NCBI GenBank assembly: GCA_044378015.1
Contig: JBILXZ010000003.1
Coordinates: 17,931-81,930 of the forward strand
Source: Tagaea sp.
GTDB taxonomy: Bacteria > Pseudomonadota > Alphaproteobacteria > CACIAM-22H2
Reading direction: 5' to 3'
Length of the DNA stretch: 64,000 nt
How positions within the stretch are numbered: the first letter of the stretch is position 1; every line of letters begins with the position of its first letter. The position numbers and the translations under genes were made by a program. This document shows positions 20,102-31,765 of this stretch, one piece after another. A model generated the notes under the pieces. It was not told the DNA's origin, did no database searches, and saw only the letters and a program-made list of their open reading frames with translations.

Positions 20102-21451
20102 ATGTTCGAGTCGCTTTCAAACAAGCTGGGGTCGGTTTTCGACAAGCTGCGCGGGCGCGGTGCGCTCGTCGAGGCCGATGTCGATGCGGCTTTGCGCGAA
20201 GTGCGCGTGGCGCTGCTCGAAGCCGACGTCGCCCTGCAGGTCGTCAAAGACTTCGTCGCCGGCGTGAAGCTCGAGGCAATCGGCCAGCAGGTCGTGCGCT
20301 CGGTGACGCCGGGCCAGATGGTCGTCAAGATCGTCAACGACAAGCTTGTCGAGACGCTGGGTTCCACGGCGGTCGAACTCAATCTGCGCGCAACGCCCCC
20401 CGTGGCGATCCTGATGCTGGGCCTGCAGGGCTCGGGCAAAACCACGACCTCGGCGAAGCTCGCCAAGCGCCTGGCCCAAAAAGACCGCAAGAAAGTTCTG
20501 TTGGCCTCGCTGGACGTGCGCCGCCCGGCGGCGCAAGAGCAGTTGGCCGTTCTCGGCCGCCAGGTCGAGGTCGAAACGCTGCCCATCGTGGCGGGCCAAG
20601 ATCCGGTCGCGATCGCCAAGCGCGCGATGGATGTCGGCCGCAACGAAGGCTACGACGTCGTCATCCTCGACACGGCCGGCCGCCTGTCGATCGACGACGA
20701 GCTGATGGCCGAGGCGGCGTCCGTGCGCGACGCGGTGGGCCCCACCGAATCGCTGCTGGTGGTCGACGCGCTGACGGGTCAAGACGCCGTCAATACGGCC
20801 ACGCAGTTCAACGCGCGCCTCGGCGTGACCGGCATCGTGATGACGCGCGTGGACGGCGACCAGCGCGGCGGTGCGGCCCTTTCGATGCGCGCCGTCACCG
20901 GCAAGCCCATCAAATTCGTGGGGCTCGGCGAAAAGATGGACGCGCTCGACGTCTTCTATCCCGACCGCATCGCGGGCCGCATTCTGGGCATGGGCGACAT
21001 TGTCGGCCTCGTCGAGAAGGCGCAGGAAAACGTCGCCGCCGAAGACGCCGAAAAGCTGGCGCGCAAGCTCAAATCGGGCGAATTCGACTTCAACGACATG
21101 CTCTCGCAGCTCGAGCAGCTCAAGAAGATGGGCGGCCTCGGCGGCGTCATGAACATGCTGCCGGGCGTGCAGAAGATGAAGGCGCAGATGGCCAACGCCA
21201 ATATCGACGAAAAAGTCGTCGGCCGGCAGACCGCCATCATCCGCGCCATGACAAAAAAAGAGCGCCGCGATTCGAAGCTCCTCAACGGCAGCCGCAAACG
21301 CCGCATCGCGACGGGCTCGGGCACGTCGGTCGAGGAGGTCAATCGCCTCGTGAAGCAGTTCATGGAGATGAGCCGCGTCATGAAGCAGATGGGCAAGCTC
21401 GGCCAAAAAGGAATGATGCGGACCGGGATTGCCAACCTGTTCCGCCGCTAG
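20102..21451 (+). CDS. ffh: Signal recognition particle protein Ffh
   Basis: Starts MFESLSNKL. Has [14 protein letters not shown] and a Met-rich M domain. Confidence 0.95.
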   Translation: MFESLSNKLGSVFDKLRGRGALVEADVDAALREVRVALLEADVALQVVKDFVAGVKLEAIGQQVVRSVTPGQMVVKIVNDKLVETLGSTAVELNLRATPPVAILMLGLQGSGKTTTSAKLAKRLAQKDRKKVLLASLDVRRPAAQEQLAVLGRQVEVETLPIVAGQDPVAIAKRAMDVGRNEGYDVVILDTAGRLSIDDELMAEAASVRDAVGPTESLLVVDALTGQDAVNTATQFNARLGVTGIVMTRVDGDQRGGAALSMRAVTGKPIKFVGLGEKMDALDVFYPDRIAGRILGMGDIVGLVEKAQENVAAEDAEKLARKLKSGEFDFNDMLSQLEQLKKMGGLGGVMNMLPGVQKMKAQMANANIDEKVVGRQTAIIRAMTKKERRDSKLLNGSRKRRIATGSGTSVEEVNRLVKQFMEMSRVMKQMGKLGQKGMMRTGIANLFRR

Positions 21452-21494
21452 AAACGACCGACTTCACGCACCAAACGAAAGGATCGATCCGACA

Positions 21495-21863
21495 ATGTCC
21501 GTCAAAATCCGCATGAGCCGCGGCGGTGCCAAGAACCGCCCGCACTACAAGATCGTCGTCGCCGACAGCCGCATGGCGCGCGACGGCCGCTTCATCGAAA
21601 AGATCGGCTACTACGATCCGATGCGCGCCAAGGAAGACCCGCAACGCGTGGTGATCGACGTCGAGCGCGCCAAGCATTGGCTCGGCCAGGGCGCGCAGCC
21701 GTCCGACCGCGTCGCCTTGTTCCTGCACGCGCTGTCGCTGGTGCCGAAGCCGGTGATCCGTCCGCAGCCCAAGAAGTCGGCGCCGAAGAAGAAGGCGCAA
21801 GAGCGTCTGGCTGCCGCCGCCGAAGCCGCTGCCAAGGCGGCCGAAGCAGCGCCGGCCGCCTGA
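21495..21863 (+). CDS. rpsP: 30S ribosomal protein S16
   Basis: Starts [42 protein letters not shown], with an Ala/Lys-rich C-terminal tail. Confidence 0.9.
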   Translation: MSVKIRMSRGGAKNRPHYKIVVADSRMARDGRFIEKIGYYDPMRAKEDPQRVVIDVERAKHWLGQGAQPSDRVALFLHALSLVPKPVIRPQPKKSAPKKKAQERLAAAAEAAAKAAEAAPAA

Positions 21864-21884
21864 GGCTTTGGGTGAGGCTGGCGC

Positions 21885-22442
21885 GTGGCGGATGACGCAT
21901 CGGAGCGGCGGATTCTGGTCGGGGCGGTCGCGGGCGCGCACGGCGTGCGCGGCGAGGTCAAGATCAAGAGTTTCACCGAGCAGGTGCGCGACGTCGCCGC
22001 CTACGGCCCGGTCGAAGACGAAAGCGGCGGGCGCCGCTTTGCGATCAAGATCCGGGGCGAAGCCAAAGGGCTCGTGATCGCGTCCCTCGACGGGGTTGCC
22101 GATCGCAACGCGGCCGAAGCGCTGAAAGGTTTGCGGCTCTACGTTCCGCGCGAAGCGCTCGGCAAGAAGCCCAAGCGCGCACCCAAGGGCACGGAACGTT
22201 GGTTCGTTGCCGATCTGGTCGGGTTGGCGGCGGTCGATACCAAGGGTGCGGCTCTGGGCACGGTCAAGAATGTCGCCAACTACGGGGCCGGCGACATACT
22301 CGAGGTGGCGACGCCGACGGGCGAAAGCCAGCTGTTCGCTTTCACCAAGCGCACGGTGCCCGAGGTGGATATCGCAAACGGACGGGTCGTGATCGACCCG
22401 CCCGTCGAAGTCGAAGCAAAGGAAGACGGAAGCGACGAATGA
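21885..22442 (+). CDS. rimM: Ribosome maturation factor RimM
   Basis: GTG start. Contains [19 protein letters not shown] and a PRC barrel. Confidence 0.85.
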   Translation: MADDASERRILVGAVAGAHGVRGEVKIKSFTEQVRDVAAYGPVEDESGGRRFAIKIRGEAKGLVIASLDGVADRNAAEALKGLRLYVPREALGKKPKRAPKGTERWFVADLVGLAAVDTKGAALGTVKNVANYGAGDILEVATPTGESQLFAFTKRTVPEVDIANGRVVIDPPVEVEAKEDGSDE

Positions 22443-23197
22443 GTGTCGGCGGCGAACATCAGGGTCAAGCGACGGGCGGGGGCGCGAAAGCGCCCTGGCA
22501 TGCGCTCGTGCTGACGCTCTATCCGGGCATGTTCCCGGGTCCGCTCGGTGCCGGGATCGTCGGCCGTGCCGCCCAGGACGGCGCCTTCGCGCTCGAGACG
22601 ATCGACATCCGCGACTTTGCGTCCGACAAGCACCGCACCGTGGACGATCTGCCCTTCGGCGGCGGTCCGGGCCTCGTGATGAAGCCCGACGTGGTCGATT
22701 CGGCTTTGGCCGTGGCCATCGCGCGGGCACCCGAAGGGGCCGTCGCGATATGCCTGTCGCCGGCGGGCCGACCGTTCGACCAGAGCCTCGCGCGCGAGTT
22801 TGCGGCAGCGCCCGGCGTGGTGCTGCTGTGCGGCCGCTTCGAAGGCATCGACGCGCGCGTGATCGAAGCGAGGGCCTTGCGCGAGATTTCGATCGGCGAC
22901 TTCGTGCTGTCGGGCGGCGAGCCTGCGGCCATGTGCGTGGTCGACGCCTGCGTGCGGCTGCTGCCCGGCGTGCTGGGCGCGGCCGAATCGCTCGGCGAGG
23001 AGAGCTTCGAAGACGGTCTTCTGGAATATCCCCACTACACGCGGCCCGCCATCTGGCGGGACCGTGAAGTGCCGGCGGTTCTGACCTCCGGCAACCACGC
23101 CAATATCCGCGCCTGGCGGCGGGAGCAGGCTTTGCGCCTGACCGCCGAGCGACGCCCCGATCTGTGGGCGAAGCACCCGGCGCGCGCGCAACACTGA
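22439..23197 (+). CDS. trmD: tRNA (guanine37-N1)-methyltransferase
   Basis: The ATG overlaps the rimM stop (ATGA). Motifs are LTLYPGMF and [10 protein letters not shown]. Confidence 0.9.
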   Translation: MSVGGEHQGQATGGGAKAPWHALVLTLYPGMFPGPLGAGIVGRAAQDGAFALETIDIRDFASDKHRTVDDLPFGGGPGLVMKPDVVDSALAVAIARAPEGAVAICLSPAGRPFDQSLAREFAAAPGVVLLCGRFEGIDARVIEARALREISIGDFVLSGGEPAAMCVVDACVRLLPGVLGAAESLGEESFEDGLLEYPHYTRPAIWRDREVPAVLTSGNHANIRAWRREQALRLTAERRPDLWAKHPARAQH

Positions 23198-23219
23198 GGA
23201 ATCGAAAAGGAGAAAGACC

Positions 23220-23651
23220 ATGTCGTTCATCATCGAGCAGCTCGAAAAAGAGCAGATCGCCAAGCTCGTCGCGGCGCGCAAAGTGCCGGACTTCGGACCC
23301 GGCGACACGCTGCGCGTCCAGGTGAAGGTGCTGGAAGGGACGCGCGAGCGTCTGCAGACCTTCGAGGGCGTGTGCATCGCGCGCAAGAATTCGGGCATCG
23401 CCTCGAACTTCACCGTGCGCAAGATGTCGTTCGGGGAAGGCGTCGAGCGCGTGTTCCCGCTCTACTCGCCGCGCATCGGCGGCATCGAGGTCGTGCGTCG
23501 CGGCGACGTGCGCCGCGCAAAGCTCTATTACCTGCGCGGCCGCACGGGCAAGGCCGCCCGCATTCTCGAAAAGTCGGGCACCAACGCGCCGGCGACTGCC
23601 GCTGACCTGTCGGCCGCCGACCTCGAAGCGGCTGCCAACGAGACGAAGTAG
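23220..23651 (+). CDS. rplS: 50S ribosomal protein L19 (with C-terminal Ala-rich extension)
   Basis: Starts [13 protein letters not shown]…[16 protein letters not shown]…. Confidence 0.9.
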   Translation: MSFIIEQLEKEQIAKLVAARKVPDFGPGDTLRVQVKVLEGTRERLQTFEGVCIARKNSGIASNFTVRKMSFGEGVERVFPLYSPRIGGIEVVRRGDVRRAKLYYLRGRTGKAARILEKSGTNAPATAADLSAADLEAAANETK

Positions 23652-23664
23652 GACCGAACACGGT

Positions 23665-23704
23665 CGGTTCCCGCCACCCTTCGCCGAACGAGGGGGTGGG
23701 AACC
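23665..23704 (+). terminator. Imperfect GC-rich hairpin downstream of rplS (possible operon terminator, no clear U-run)
   Basis: cggttcccgccaccc…gggggtgggaaccg. Confidence 0.3.
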
Positions 23705-23735
23705 GGCTTTGCCACGCCTTGAGGGAGGAGCATCG

Positions 23736-25142
23736 ATGACGAAGCCGCGCACCTTGTTCGACAAGATCTGGGACAGCCATGTCGTCCACCGCCAGGACGA
23801 CGGCACTTGCGTGCTCTATATCGACCGCCACCTCGTGCACGAAGTCACGAGCCCGCAGGCTTTCGAAGGCCTGCGTCTCACGGGCCGCAACGTGCGTCGC
23901 CCGGACGCGACCGTCGCCGTCGCCGACCATAACGTGCCGACGACCGACCGCTCGAAGGGCATTGCCGACCCGGAAAGCCGCATCCAGGTCGAAACGCTCG
24001 AGGCCAACGCCAAAGCGTTCGGCATCACGCATTTCGGCATGGACGACGTGCGCCAGGGCATCGTGCACATCATCGGGCCCGAACAGGGCTTGACCCAGCC
24101 CGGCACCACGATCGTGTGCGGCGACAGCCACACGGCCACGCACGGCGCTTTCGGCGCGCTGGCCTTCGGCATCGGTACGTCCGAGGTCGAGCATGTGCTC
24201 GCCACGCAAACGCTGCTGCAGCGCCCCGCCAAGAACATGCGCGTTACGGTCGACGGGCGCTTGGCGCCCGGCGTGACGGCAAAGGACGTGATCCTCGCGA
24301 TCATCGGCAAGATCGGCACGGCCGGCGGGACGGGCTATGTCGTCGAATTCGCGGGCTCGGTCATCCGCGACCTGTCGATGGAAGGCCGCATGACCGTCTG
24401 CAACATGACGATCGAAGGCGGCGCGCGCGCGGGCCTCATCGCGCCCGACGAAAAGACCTTCGCCTATCTCAAAGGCCGCCCCTACGCGCCCAAGGGTGCC
24501 CAATGGGAAGCGGCCGTGAACTATTGGAAGACGCTCCCCTCCGACGAGGGCGCTTTCTACGACAAGGAAGTGGTGCTCGACGCCGCCGACATCCCGCCGA
24601 TGGTCACGTGGGGCACCTCGCCCGAGGACGTGCTGCCGATCGACGCCGTCGTGCCCGATCCCGCCAAGATCGCCGACGAAGGCAAGCGCAACGCGACGAT
24701 CCGTTCGCTCGAATACATGGCGCTGGCGCCGGGCCAGAAGCTTTCGGAAGTGCGCATCGACAAAGTCTTCATCGGCAGCTGCACGAACGGGCGCATCGAA
24801 GATCTGCGCGCGGTCGCGGCGATCGCGAAGGGCCGCAAAGTGGCAGCGCACGTGCAAGCGCTCGTCGTGCCGGGCTCTGGCCTGGTCAAGGAACAAGCCG
24901 AAAGCGAAGGTCTCGACAAGATCTTCCTCGAAGCCGGTTTCGAGTGGCGCGAGCCGGGCTGCTCGATGTGCCTTGCCATGAATGCCGACAAGCTCGAGCC
25001 GGGGGAGCGCTGCGCGTCCACTTCGAACCGCAATTTCGAAGGCCGCCAGGGCCGCGGCGGGCGCACGCATCTCGTATCGCCGGGCATGGCTGCGGCTGCT
25101 GCGGTGGCGGGCCATTTGGCCGACGTGCGCGCGCTGAAATGA
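23736..25142 (+). CDS. leuC: 3-isopropylmalate dehydratase large subunit
   Basis: Starts [17 protein letters not shown]. Has aconitase-family Cys ligand motifs ([15 protein letters not shown]). Confidence 0.92.
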   Translation: MTKPRTLFDKIWDSHVVHRQDDGTCVLYIDRHLVHEVTSPQAFEGLRLTGRNVRRPDATVAVADHNVPTTDRSKGIADPESRIQVETLEANAKAFGITHFGMDDVRQGIVHIIGPEQGLTQPGTTIVCGDSHTATHGAFGALAFGIGTSEVEHVLATQTLLQRPAKNMRVTVDGRLAPGVTAKDVILAIIGKIGTAGGTGYVVEFAGSVIRDLSMEGRMTVCNMTIEGGARAGLIAPDEKTFAYLKGRPYAPKGAQWEAAVNYWKTLPSDEGAFYDKEVVLDAADIPPMVTWGTSPEDVLPIDAVVPDPAKIADEGKRNATIRSLEYMALAPGQKLSEVRIDKVFIGSCTNGRIEDLRAVAAIAKGRKVAAHVQALVVPGSGLVKEQAESEGLDKIFLEAGFEWREPGCSMCLAMNADKLEPGERCASTSNRNFEGRQGRGGRTHLVSPGMAAAAAVAGHLADVRALK

Positions 25143-25167
25143 GGGCCGCGTCTTGAGCCTCGCCGCC

Positions 25168-25845
25168 ATGTCGATCGGCAATGCAACGGCCGTTTCCGCG
25201 CCGTTCGGTCGGCGCGTGGCGGCTTTGGCGATCGACGCTGCGATTCTGTTTCTCGTTCTTTGGGCGCTGGCGTCGGCCACCAAGACGGTCCTGGGCTCCG
25301 GCGATCTGTGGACGATGCCGTGGAACGAGCCGCGCGTCGTTTCCGTCGAACGCCAAGTCGTGCAGCGCGAAGACGAGCGCATGTACGACAATAGCGGCCG
25401 ACGCACGGTCGATTTCGTCGCCGAAACGCGCCGTTATGCCGACGGCACCGTGCTTATCTTTTCGGTCGTCGAAGGTGCGATCCGCCACGACGACGGCCGC
25501 ATCGAACCGGTCCGCAGCGAAACGCTCGTCGGCCGCAACGTGCGCGCCGTTCTGCAGCTCGTTGCGGCCCAGATCGCGATCGTGCTGCTGCCGTTTGCCT
25601 ATTTTGCGGTTTTCGAAGCGGGCGCGCGCCAAGCCACGCCCGGCAAACGCTGGATGCGGCTGCAAGTCGTCGATCTCGCGGGCCGCCGTCTTTCGCCGGT
25701 GCGCGCGGTTGCCCGCCAGCTTCTCAAAATCTGCGACATCGCCTCGACGGGCATGGGCTATCTGCTGGCCGGCCTCACCGGCTCGGGCCAGGCCTTGCAC
25801 GACATTCTCGCCGGAACGCGCGTCGTCGCGCGCGACGACATCTGA
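25168..25845 (+). CDS. RDD family membrane protein
   Basis: The R-D-D signature is spread over the sequence ([18 protein letters not shown]…, …[10 protein letters not shown]). It is inserted between leuC and leuD. An alternative TTG start is at 25153. Confidence 0.7.
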   Translation: MSIGNATAVSAPFGRRVAALAIDAAILFLVLWALASATKTVLGSGDLWTMPWNEPRVVSVERQVVQREDERMYDNSGRRTVDFVAETRRYADGTVLIFSVVEGAIRHDDGRIEPVRSETLVGRNVRAVLQLVAAQIAIVLLPFAYFAVFEAGARQATPGKRWMRLQVVDLAGRRLSPVRAVARQLLKICDIASTGMGYLLAGLTGSGQALHDILAGTRVVARDDI

Positions 25846-25865
25846 AGGGGAGCGACAGGAACGCC

Positions 25866-26483
25866 ATGGACAAATTCACGGTTCTGACCGGTGTGGCCGC
25901 ACCGCTGCCGATGATCAACGTCGATACCGACATGATCATTCCCAAGCAGCATCTGAAGACCATCAAGCGCACCGGCCTCGGCACGGCGCTGTTCGAAGAG
26001 ATGCGCTACACGCCCGACGGCAAGGAAAAGCCCGACTTCGTGTTGAACAAGCCCGCCTACCGGAAGGCGCAGATCCTGGTCGCAGGCGACAATTTCGGCT
26101 GCGGCTCGTCGCGCGAACACGCGCCCTGGGCGCTGCTCGATTTCGGCATTCGCTGCGTGATCAGCACCTCGTTCGCCGACATTTTCTACAACAACTGCTT
26201 CAAGAACGGCATCTTGCCGATCCGCGTGTCGAAGGAAGATCTCGCCAAGCTGATGGACGACGCCCAGCGCGGTTCGAACGCTACGCTGACCGTCGATCTC
26301 GAAAAGCAGGAGATCAAGGGGCCCGACGGCGGTTCGGTCAAGTTCGACATCGACGAGTTCCGCAAGCACTGCTTGCTGAACGGCCTCGACGACATCGGCC
26401 TCACGATGCAGAAGGCCGGGCATATCGACGCCTACGAAAACAAACAGCGCCAGAGCCAGCCCTGGCTCTTCGCCGCACGCTGA
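25866..26483 (+). CDS. leuD: 3-isopropylmalate dehydratase small subunit
   Basis: Starts [14 protein letters not shown]…, with [17 protein letters not shown]. Confidence 0.9.
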   Translation: MDKFTVLTGVAAPLPMINVDTDMIIPKQHLKTIKRTGLGTALFEEMRYTPDGKEKPDFVLNKPAYRKAQILVAGDNFGCGSSREHAPWALLDFGIRCVISTSFADIFYNNCFKNGILPIRVSKEDLAKLMDDAQRGSNATLTVDLEKQEIKGPDGGSVKFDIDEFRKHCLLNGLDDIGLTMQKAGHIDAYENKQRQSQPWLFAAR

Positions 26484-26497
26484 ACGGAGACGGATCC

Positions 26498-27610
26498 ATG
26501 GCTTCCAACCGCAAACTGCTTGTTCTGCCCGGCGACGGGATCGGCGTCGAAGTGATGCGCCAGGTGCATCGCGTCGTCGGATGGTTCGACAAGCGCCGCA
26601 CCGTTTCGTTCGACGTCAAGGAAGGTCTCGTGGGCGGCGCGGCGATCGACAAGCACGGCTGGCCGATCGACGACGCGACGATGGATGTCGCGATGAATTC
26701 CGACGCCACGCTGTTCGGCGCCGTCGGCGGCCCCAAATGGGACGGCCTGCCGTTCGAGAAGAAGCCCGAGCGCGGTCTTCTGCGCCTGCGCAAGGACATG
26801 GACCTGTTCGCCAATCTGCGTCCGGCCTTGGTTTTCGACGCGCTCGCCGACGCGTCCAGCCTCAAGCGCGAACTCGTGTCGGGGCTCGATATTCTGATCC
26901 TGCGCGAGCTCACGGGCGGGGTCTATTTCGGCGAACCGCGCGGCGTTTCGACGCTGCCCGACGGCCAGAAAAAAGCGGTCGATACGCAAGTCTACACGAC
27001 GTCGGAAATCCAGCGCATCGCGCGCGTGGCGTTCGAGCTTGCGCGCAAGCGCGGCAACAAGGTGCATTCGGTCGAAAAATCGAACGTGATGCACACGGGC
27101 GTGCTTTGGCGCGAAGTCGTGACCGCGACCCACAAGGCCGAATTCGCCGACGTGAAGCTCGAGCACATGCTCGCCGACAACTGCAACATGCAGCTCGTGC
27201 GCAATCCCAAGCAGTTCGACGTGATCGTGACCGACAATCTGTTCGGCGACATGCTGTCGGATTGTGCTGCGATGCTCACGGGCTCGCTCGGCATGCTGCC
27301 CTCGGCCTCGCTGGGTGCTCCCGACGCCACGGGCCGGCGCAAGGCGCTCTACGAGCCCGTGCACGGTTCGGCCCCCGACATTGCGGGCAAGGACATGGCC
27401 AACCCGATGGCCACGCTGCTGTCGTTCGCGATGATGCTGCGCTACTCGTTCGATCTGCCGGCCGACGCCGACCTCGTCGAACAGGCGGCCAAGAACGTTC
27501 TCGCCAAGGGCATTCGCACGCGCGACATCGCCATGCCCGGCGAAACGCCGGTCTCGACAACCCAAATGGGCGATGCACTTCTGGCCGAACTCGACAAGCT
27601 GGCCGCGTGA
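26498..27610 (+). CDS. leuB: 3-isopropylmalate dehydrogenase
   Basis: Starts [19 protein letters not shown]. Has the NLFGDMLSD motif. Confidence 0.92.
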   Translation: MASNRKLLVLPGDGIGVEVMRQVHRVVGWFDKRRTVSFDVKEGLVGGAAIDKHGWPIDDATMDVAMNSDATLFGAVGGPKWDGLPFEKKPERGLLRLRKDMDLFANLRPALVFDALADASSLKRELVSGLDILILRELTGGVYFGEPRGVSTLPDGQKKAVDTQVYTTSEIQRIARVAFELARKRGNKVHSVEKSNVMHTGVLWREVVTATHKAEFADVKLEHMLADNCNMQLVRNPKQFDVIVTDNLFGDMLSDCAAMLTGSLGMLPSASLGAPDATGRRKALYEPVHGSAPDIAGKDMANPMATLLSFAMMLRYSFDLPADADLVEQAAKNVLAKGIRTRDIAMPGETPVSTTQMGDALLAELDKLAA

Positions 27611-27640
27611 AGCGGCCAGCCCAGACTTACGCACCAGGCC

Positions 27641-28213
27641 TCACGCCGCCGGCGCGTAGCTCCACACCCAGGCGGGCGGCACGTTCAGCATCGAGATGCC
27701 TTTGCGTCGGCCTTTTAGACCGAGCGGCTTTTCTTTGATCGGCGAAGACAGCGAATAGGTGTATTGCAGGATCTCGCCGCCCGGCGCCATAACCTCGAAC
27801 GCGGCGTCGATCAGGCCGCGCTGCAGCTCGATCGGCAGCGGCAGCATCGGGATGCCGGAAATCACGGTTGCAACCTTGCCGACCCATTGCGGGGGCAAGA
27901 GGTCCTTGAGTTTCGTCGCGTCCCCGTGGATCACGTTGACGTTCGGGAATTCGCGGCGCAGATAGGCCGCCATGTCGCCGTCGATTTCGACCAGGAACAG
28001 TCGCTCGACCGGAATGCCCGAGGCGAGCAGCGCTTTGGTCACCGGTCCCGTGCCGGGCCCGAGTTCGACCACGCATTGGTCGGCCTTGAGCTTCACTTGT
28101 TTTGCGATAAGCCGCGCTAAATTGGCCGATGACGGAATGACGGCGCCCACCTTCATGGGGTTCGCGAGCCAGCGTTTGAAGAACAGCAGGCCCTCGAGCG
28201 TATCTTTTTTCAT
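27641..28213 (-). CDS. Class I SAM-dependent methyltransferase, phospholipid N-methyltransferase (PmtA)-like
   Basis: Starts MKKDTLEGLLFFKRWLANP…VGAVIPSS. Has the VELGPGTG SAM motif. Length is about 190 aa, as in Sinorhizobium-type Pmt enzymes. Confidence 0.6.
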   Translation of the reverse strand: MKKDTLEGLLFFKRWLANPMKVGAVIPSSANLARLIAKQVKLKADQCVVELGPGTGPVTKALLASGIPVERLFLVEIDGDMAAYLRREFPNVNVIHGDATKLKDLLPPQWVGKVATVISGIPMLPLPIELQRGLIDAAFEVMAPGGEILQYTYSLSSPIKEKPLGLKGRRKGISMLNVPPAWVWSYAPAA

Positions 28214-28346
28214 GACGACAACGGGCTTTCCAAGCGCGCAAGGAAGGTCTATCGATCCTCGGGCGCAAAAATGCTTCGGCAGGACTTCTCGCAAGCCAAT
28301 ATGAAATTATTAAGGCAATCCGGCAAGACTCGGTTAAGGGGTTGGA

Positions 28347-29360
28347 ATGGCGAATAAAATAGCAGTTATTGGGGCGACGGGCACGATCGGGCGCGAAGTT
28401 CTGCAGGAATTGGCGCAGCGCGGGATCGATCCGCACACTGTGGTTGCCCTCGCCTCCGAACGGTCGATCGGGGCCACGCTGTCCTACGGCGAGGAGACCG
28501 ATCTCACCACCCAGGACCTCGCCCAGTTCGATTTTTCGACGGCGAAGGTCGCGATTTTCTGCACGGCTGCCGCCGTGTCGGCCGCCGCGGTGCCCAAGGC
28601 CGCCAAGGCCGGGGCCTGGGTCGTCGATACTTCGGCGCATTTCCGCATGGAGGCCGACGTGCCGCTCGTTGTGGCCGGCGTCAACGATACGCCGGCCACG
28701 TTCGCGCGCGCCAAGCGCCGCGTCGTCGCCGTGCCCGGGGCGTGCGTGAGCATGTTCGTGCGCGCACTCCATCCGATGCACGACAAAGCCAAAGCCAAGC
28801 GCGCGGTGCTGTCGACCTACCAGGCCGTGTCGGAAGCCGGCAGGCCGGCCATGGACGAGCTTTTCAACCAGACGCGCTCGGTCTACGTGAACCAAACTCT
28901 CGAGCGCCAGCATTTCGCCAAGCAGATCGCGTTCAACACGATCCCGCATTGCGGCGCTTTCGAAACCGACGGCCGCACGTCAGAGGAAAAAGCGCTGGCC
29001 CTAGAGCCGCGCAAGATCCTGGGCGGCGATCTCAACGTCGTGGCGACCTGCGTGCGCGTGCCGGCTTTCGTCGGGCACGGCATATCGGTCGCGGTCGAAT
29101 TCACCGAGCCGATGGGCGTGGCCCAGGCGCGCGGTCTCCTGATCCGCGACGACGATATCGGCCTCGTCGACCATCGCGCCGCCGAAGGGTTCGTCACGCC
29201 CCTCGAGACGCAAGGCGAAACCAAGATATTCATCAGCCGCCTGCGCGACGATCCGTCGGTCGCCAACGGCCTCGCCTTCTGGCTTGCGGCGGACAATCTG
29301 CGCGCGGCTTTGTCTTTGCCGATCGTGACGGTCGCTTTGGCGTTGGCCGAACACGAATGA
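28347..29360 (+). CDS. asd: Aspartate-semialdehyde dehydrogenase
   Basis: Starts MANKIAVIGATGTIGRE. Has STYQAVSEAG and a conserved His (VGHGISV). The catalytic Cys lies in an unusual context, VPGACVS, instead of NPNCST. leuB-asd adjacency is conserved. Confidence 0.85.
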   Translation: MANKIAVIGATGTIGREVLQELAQRGIDPHTVVALASERSIGATLSYGEETDLTTQDLAQFDFSTAKVAIFCTAAAVSAAAVPKAAKAGAWVVDTSAHFRMEADVPLVVAGVNDTPATFARAKRRVVAVPGACVSMFVRALHPMHDKAKAKRAVLSTYQAVSEAGRPAMDELFNQTRSVYVNQTLERQHFAKQIAFNTIPHCGAFETDGRTSEEKALALEPRKILGGDLNVVATCVRVPAFVGHGISVAVEFTEPMGVAQARGLLIRDDDIGLVDHRAAEGFVTPLETQGETKIFISRLRDDPSVANGLAFWLAADNLRAALSLPIVTVALALAEHE

Positions 29361-30097
29361 AGCGGCTGGCGGCGGCCCTGCTGCTGCTGTGGCCGCTGCA
29401 GGCGCTGGCCCAAGCGCCTGCGCCCGCGTCGCCGAACTTGGCCGAACTCGACAGGCTCTATTCCGCGCGCCAATACAAGGCTGCGGCGCAGGCGATGTTC
29501 GCCCCGCGCGACGAGGCGCAAGCGCGCGCGGTTCTCGGCTGGGCGCAAGCGCGGCTGCAGGCCGGAGCCCCCCATCTGATCGGCGTCGCCTACGGCGATC
29601 TGCTGTGGCAGATCGGCGAAGGCCAGCGCAACGATCAGCTGCGCGCCGAGGCGGTCTTGGTGCTGATCTCGACGATCCTCGCCGTGGCGGTGGACGGCGC
29701 AAAATGCGTCGATACCGAAGCGCCCGACACGCGCGTGCGCCAGATTCTCGCCGCGCGCGCCGCACTTCTGCATTACGCGCGCAATCTGCAGCAGGAGCGC
29801 CGCGCGCGGTTGCGCTCGGAAGCGCTCGCGCTCGAACAGAATCTTGCATCGCGCCGTCCGCAGGACGACGAAATCTGCATGGCCGGCCCGCGCGAGATTG
29901 CCCGCCAGCTCGAAACGCCGGGCACGGTCGCGCGCGAACAGCCGCTGCGCCCGGGCATGCTTACGCGCACGGTCGACATCGAGCCGGGTCCGAGCTACCG
30001 GCCGCAATATCTGTCGCCCGAGCGCTGGCACGCGCGCCAAACCACGGTGCGCCGACGTTTTCCAGCGCTGCTCGACCAGCTTGTGCCCGCGACCTGA
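29357..30097 (+). CDS. Hypothetical secreted protein (Sec signal peptide)
   Basis: The ATG overlaps the asd stop (ATGA). Starts MKRLAAALLLLWPLQALAQAP. No family was recognised. Confidence 0.55.
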   Translation: MKRLAAALLLLWPLQALAQAPAPASPNLAELDRLYSARQYKAAAQAMFAPRDEAQARAVLGWAQARLQAGAPHLIGVAYGDLLWQIGEGQRNDQLRAEAVLVLISTILAVAVDGAKCVDTEAPDTRVRQILAARAALLHYARNLQQERRARLRSEALALEQNLASRRPQDDEICMAGPREIARQLETPGTVAREQPLRPGMLTRTVDIEPGPSYRPQYLSPERWHARQTTVRRRFPALLDQLVPAT

Positions 30098-30104
30098 AGT
30101 CGCG

Positions 30105-30743
30105 TCAGCCGACGAAGCCCCAAAACCGCAACGCGACCTCGCCCGCCACGCCGACGGCAAACGCCAGAATGATGTAGGCCGCGATCCGGTTGGCCCAGGC
30201 CAACCCCGTGGTCGTGAAGCGATCGCGGAACAGGCACACGGCCTCCACCACCATTGCCCACCAGAACGCAGCCCCTGCGAACACGCCCGCGATCAGCAGC
30301 CAATCGTCGGCCAATACAGTGCCGTCGGATTTGACGCCGAAGGCCGCGAAGATCGCCAGGAACGACAGCACCGTGATCGGGTTGGTGATGGTCAGGAAAA
30401 ACGCCGAGGTAAGGTCGCCGATCAAGCCTGCGGGGTCTTTGTCGCCGGCGATGGACGGCAGCGGGCGGTACAGAAGCTTGAGCCCCATCACGCACAAAAT
30501 GGCCGCGCCGACGAGCGAGACCACGTCGCGTTCGCGCTCGAGGAAGGTCTGCAGCATCGAAATGCCGAAAGCCGCGACGGCACCGAAGGTGGTGTCTGCA
30601 AGGGCCGAGCCGAGCCCCGAACACAGGCCGGCCAGGCGCCCGTGCACGAGCGTGCGCCGGATCACGAGAACGTTTACCGGGCCGACCGGTGCGGCAATCA
30701 GCAAGCCGACCAACACGCCTTTGACGAAGATCCACTCGAGCAT
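30105..30743 (-). CDS. LysE/RhtB family amino-acid exporter
   Basis: 212 aa with about 6 TM segments, typical of the LysE translocator family. Confidence 0.8.
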   Translation of the reverse strand: MLEWIFVKGVLVGLLIAAPVGPVNVLVIRRTLVHGRLAGLCSGLGSALADTTFGAVAAFGISMLQTFLERERDVVSLVGAAILCVMGLKLLYRPLPSIAGDKDPAGLIGDLTSAFFLTITNPITVLSFLAIFAAFGVKSDGTVLADDWLLIAGVFAGAAFWWAMVVEAVCLFRDRFTTTGLAWANRIAAYIILAFAVGVAGEVALRFWGFVG

Positions 30744-30783
30744 TCAATCTGCCGTGCCAGAAAGAGTCCGGGTTGTCCCTATA

Positions 30784-31617
30784 CTAAAGTTCGGCGACCG
30801 GGAAAAGCGCGGGCGGATGCGCCAGATCCTGCTGGCAAGCCGTCAAAAGCAGATCGAGAACGCCCGCTTTGGCCGTCGCGGCCAAAACCGCGTGCACGGC
30901 CGCGACGGCTTTACGAAGGCAGCTTGAAAGCTCTTCGCCGGCCAGATAATGGGCCAGAAAAAGAGCGGCAAAGGCATCGCCGGCGCCGTAGGCCGGATGG
31001 TCGATGGCGGGTGCGTGCGCCAGAAAGGCGCCCTCGGGGCCGATCGCCAATGCGCCGATGCCGTCCGGCAGCGGGACCGAGGTCGCAACGACGATCCGCG
31101 CAGCTTTGCGGCTGCGCAGCTTTTGCGCCGCTGCAACCGCGTCGGCTGCGGTCGCGATCGTTTCGCCGGTCAGCAGACCGAGCTCGAACGCGTTGGGGAA
31201 CAGAAGATCGGCGAGCGGTTCGAGTGCGCGCACCGCGTCGGCCGCGCCGGGCGTGACGAAAACGCGGCCGCGATCGCCCATCACGGGGTCGAGCGCGAAG
31301 ATCGCGGCTGGGTTGGCGCGTTTGGCGCGCGCGACCGCATCGGCCACCACGGCACCTTGCGCGCCGCTGCCGAGATAGCCCGAAAGCACGCAGCGGCATC
31401 CGTCGAAGAGGCCGCGCGCATCGATCCCGGCAACCAGCGCCGCCATCTCCGCGGCATCGGCCGGCCCGCCCGCGAAGCCGCCGTGGCCCGGATGGTTCGA
31501 GTAGCGCACCGTGTCGATGCGCGCCACGTCGAAGCCCAGGCGCTGCAGGCAAAACACGGCGGCCGAGTTGCCGACGGCGCCGGTCGCGACGGACGATTGG
31601 AGGGACAGGATCTGCAT
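30784..31617 (-). CDS. Pyridoxal/pyridoxamine kinase (PdxK/PdxY family, ribokinase-like)
   Basis: The GAGDAFAALF anion-hole motif is near the C-terminus, and the fold is ribokinase-like. Confidence 0.75.
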   Translation of the reverse strand: MQILSLQSSVATGAVGNSAAVFCLQRLGFDVARIDTVRYSNHPGHGGFAGGPADAAEMAALVAGIDARGLFDGCRCVLSGYLGSGAQGAVVADAVARAKRANPAAIFALDPVMGDRGRVFVTPGAADAVRALEPLADLLFPNAFELGLLTGETIATAADAVAAAQKLRSRKAARIVVATSVPLPDGIGALAIGPEGAFLAHAPAIDHPAYGAGDAFAALFLAHYLAGEELSSCLRKAVAAVHAVLAATAKAGVLDLLLTACQQDLAHPPALFPVAEL

Positions 31618-31765
31618 GCCCGACCTTCATAGCCGAATTCGCCGCAGCCGCACCATGGCGCCGTCGCCGGACGCACGAAGAAGCCGCGGTCGCAAAGCCC
31701 CAATTGCAATGCGTCGGGCGGGCTGACAGGATAGGCGCCAATTTCGGGGGAGGATTCCGATCGAC

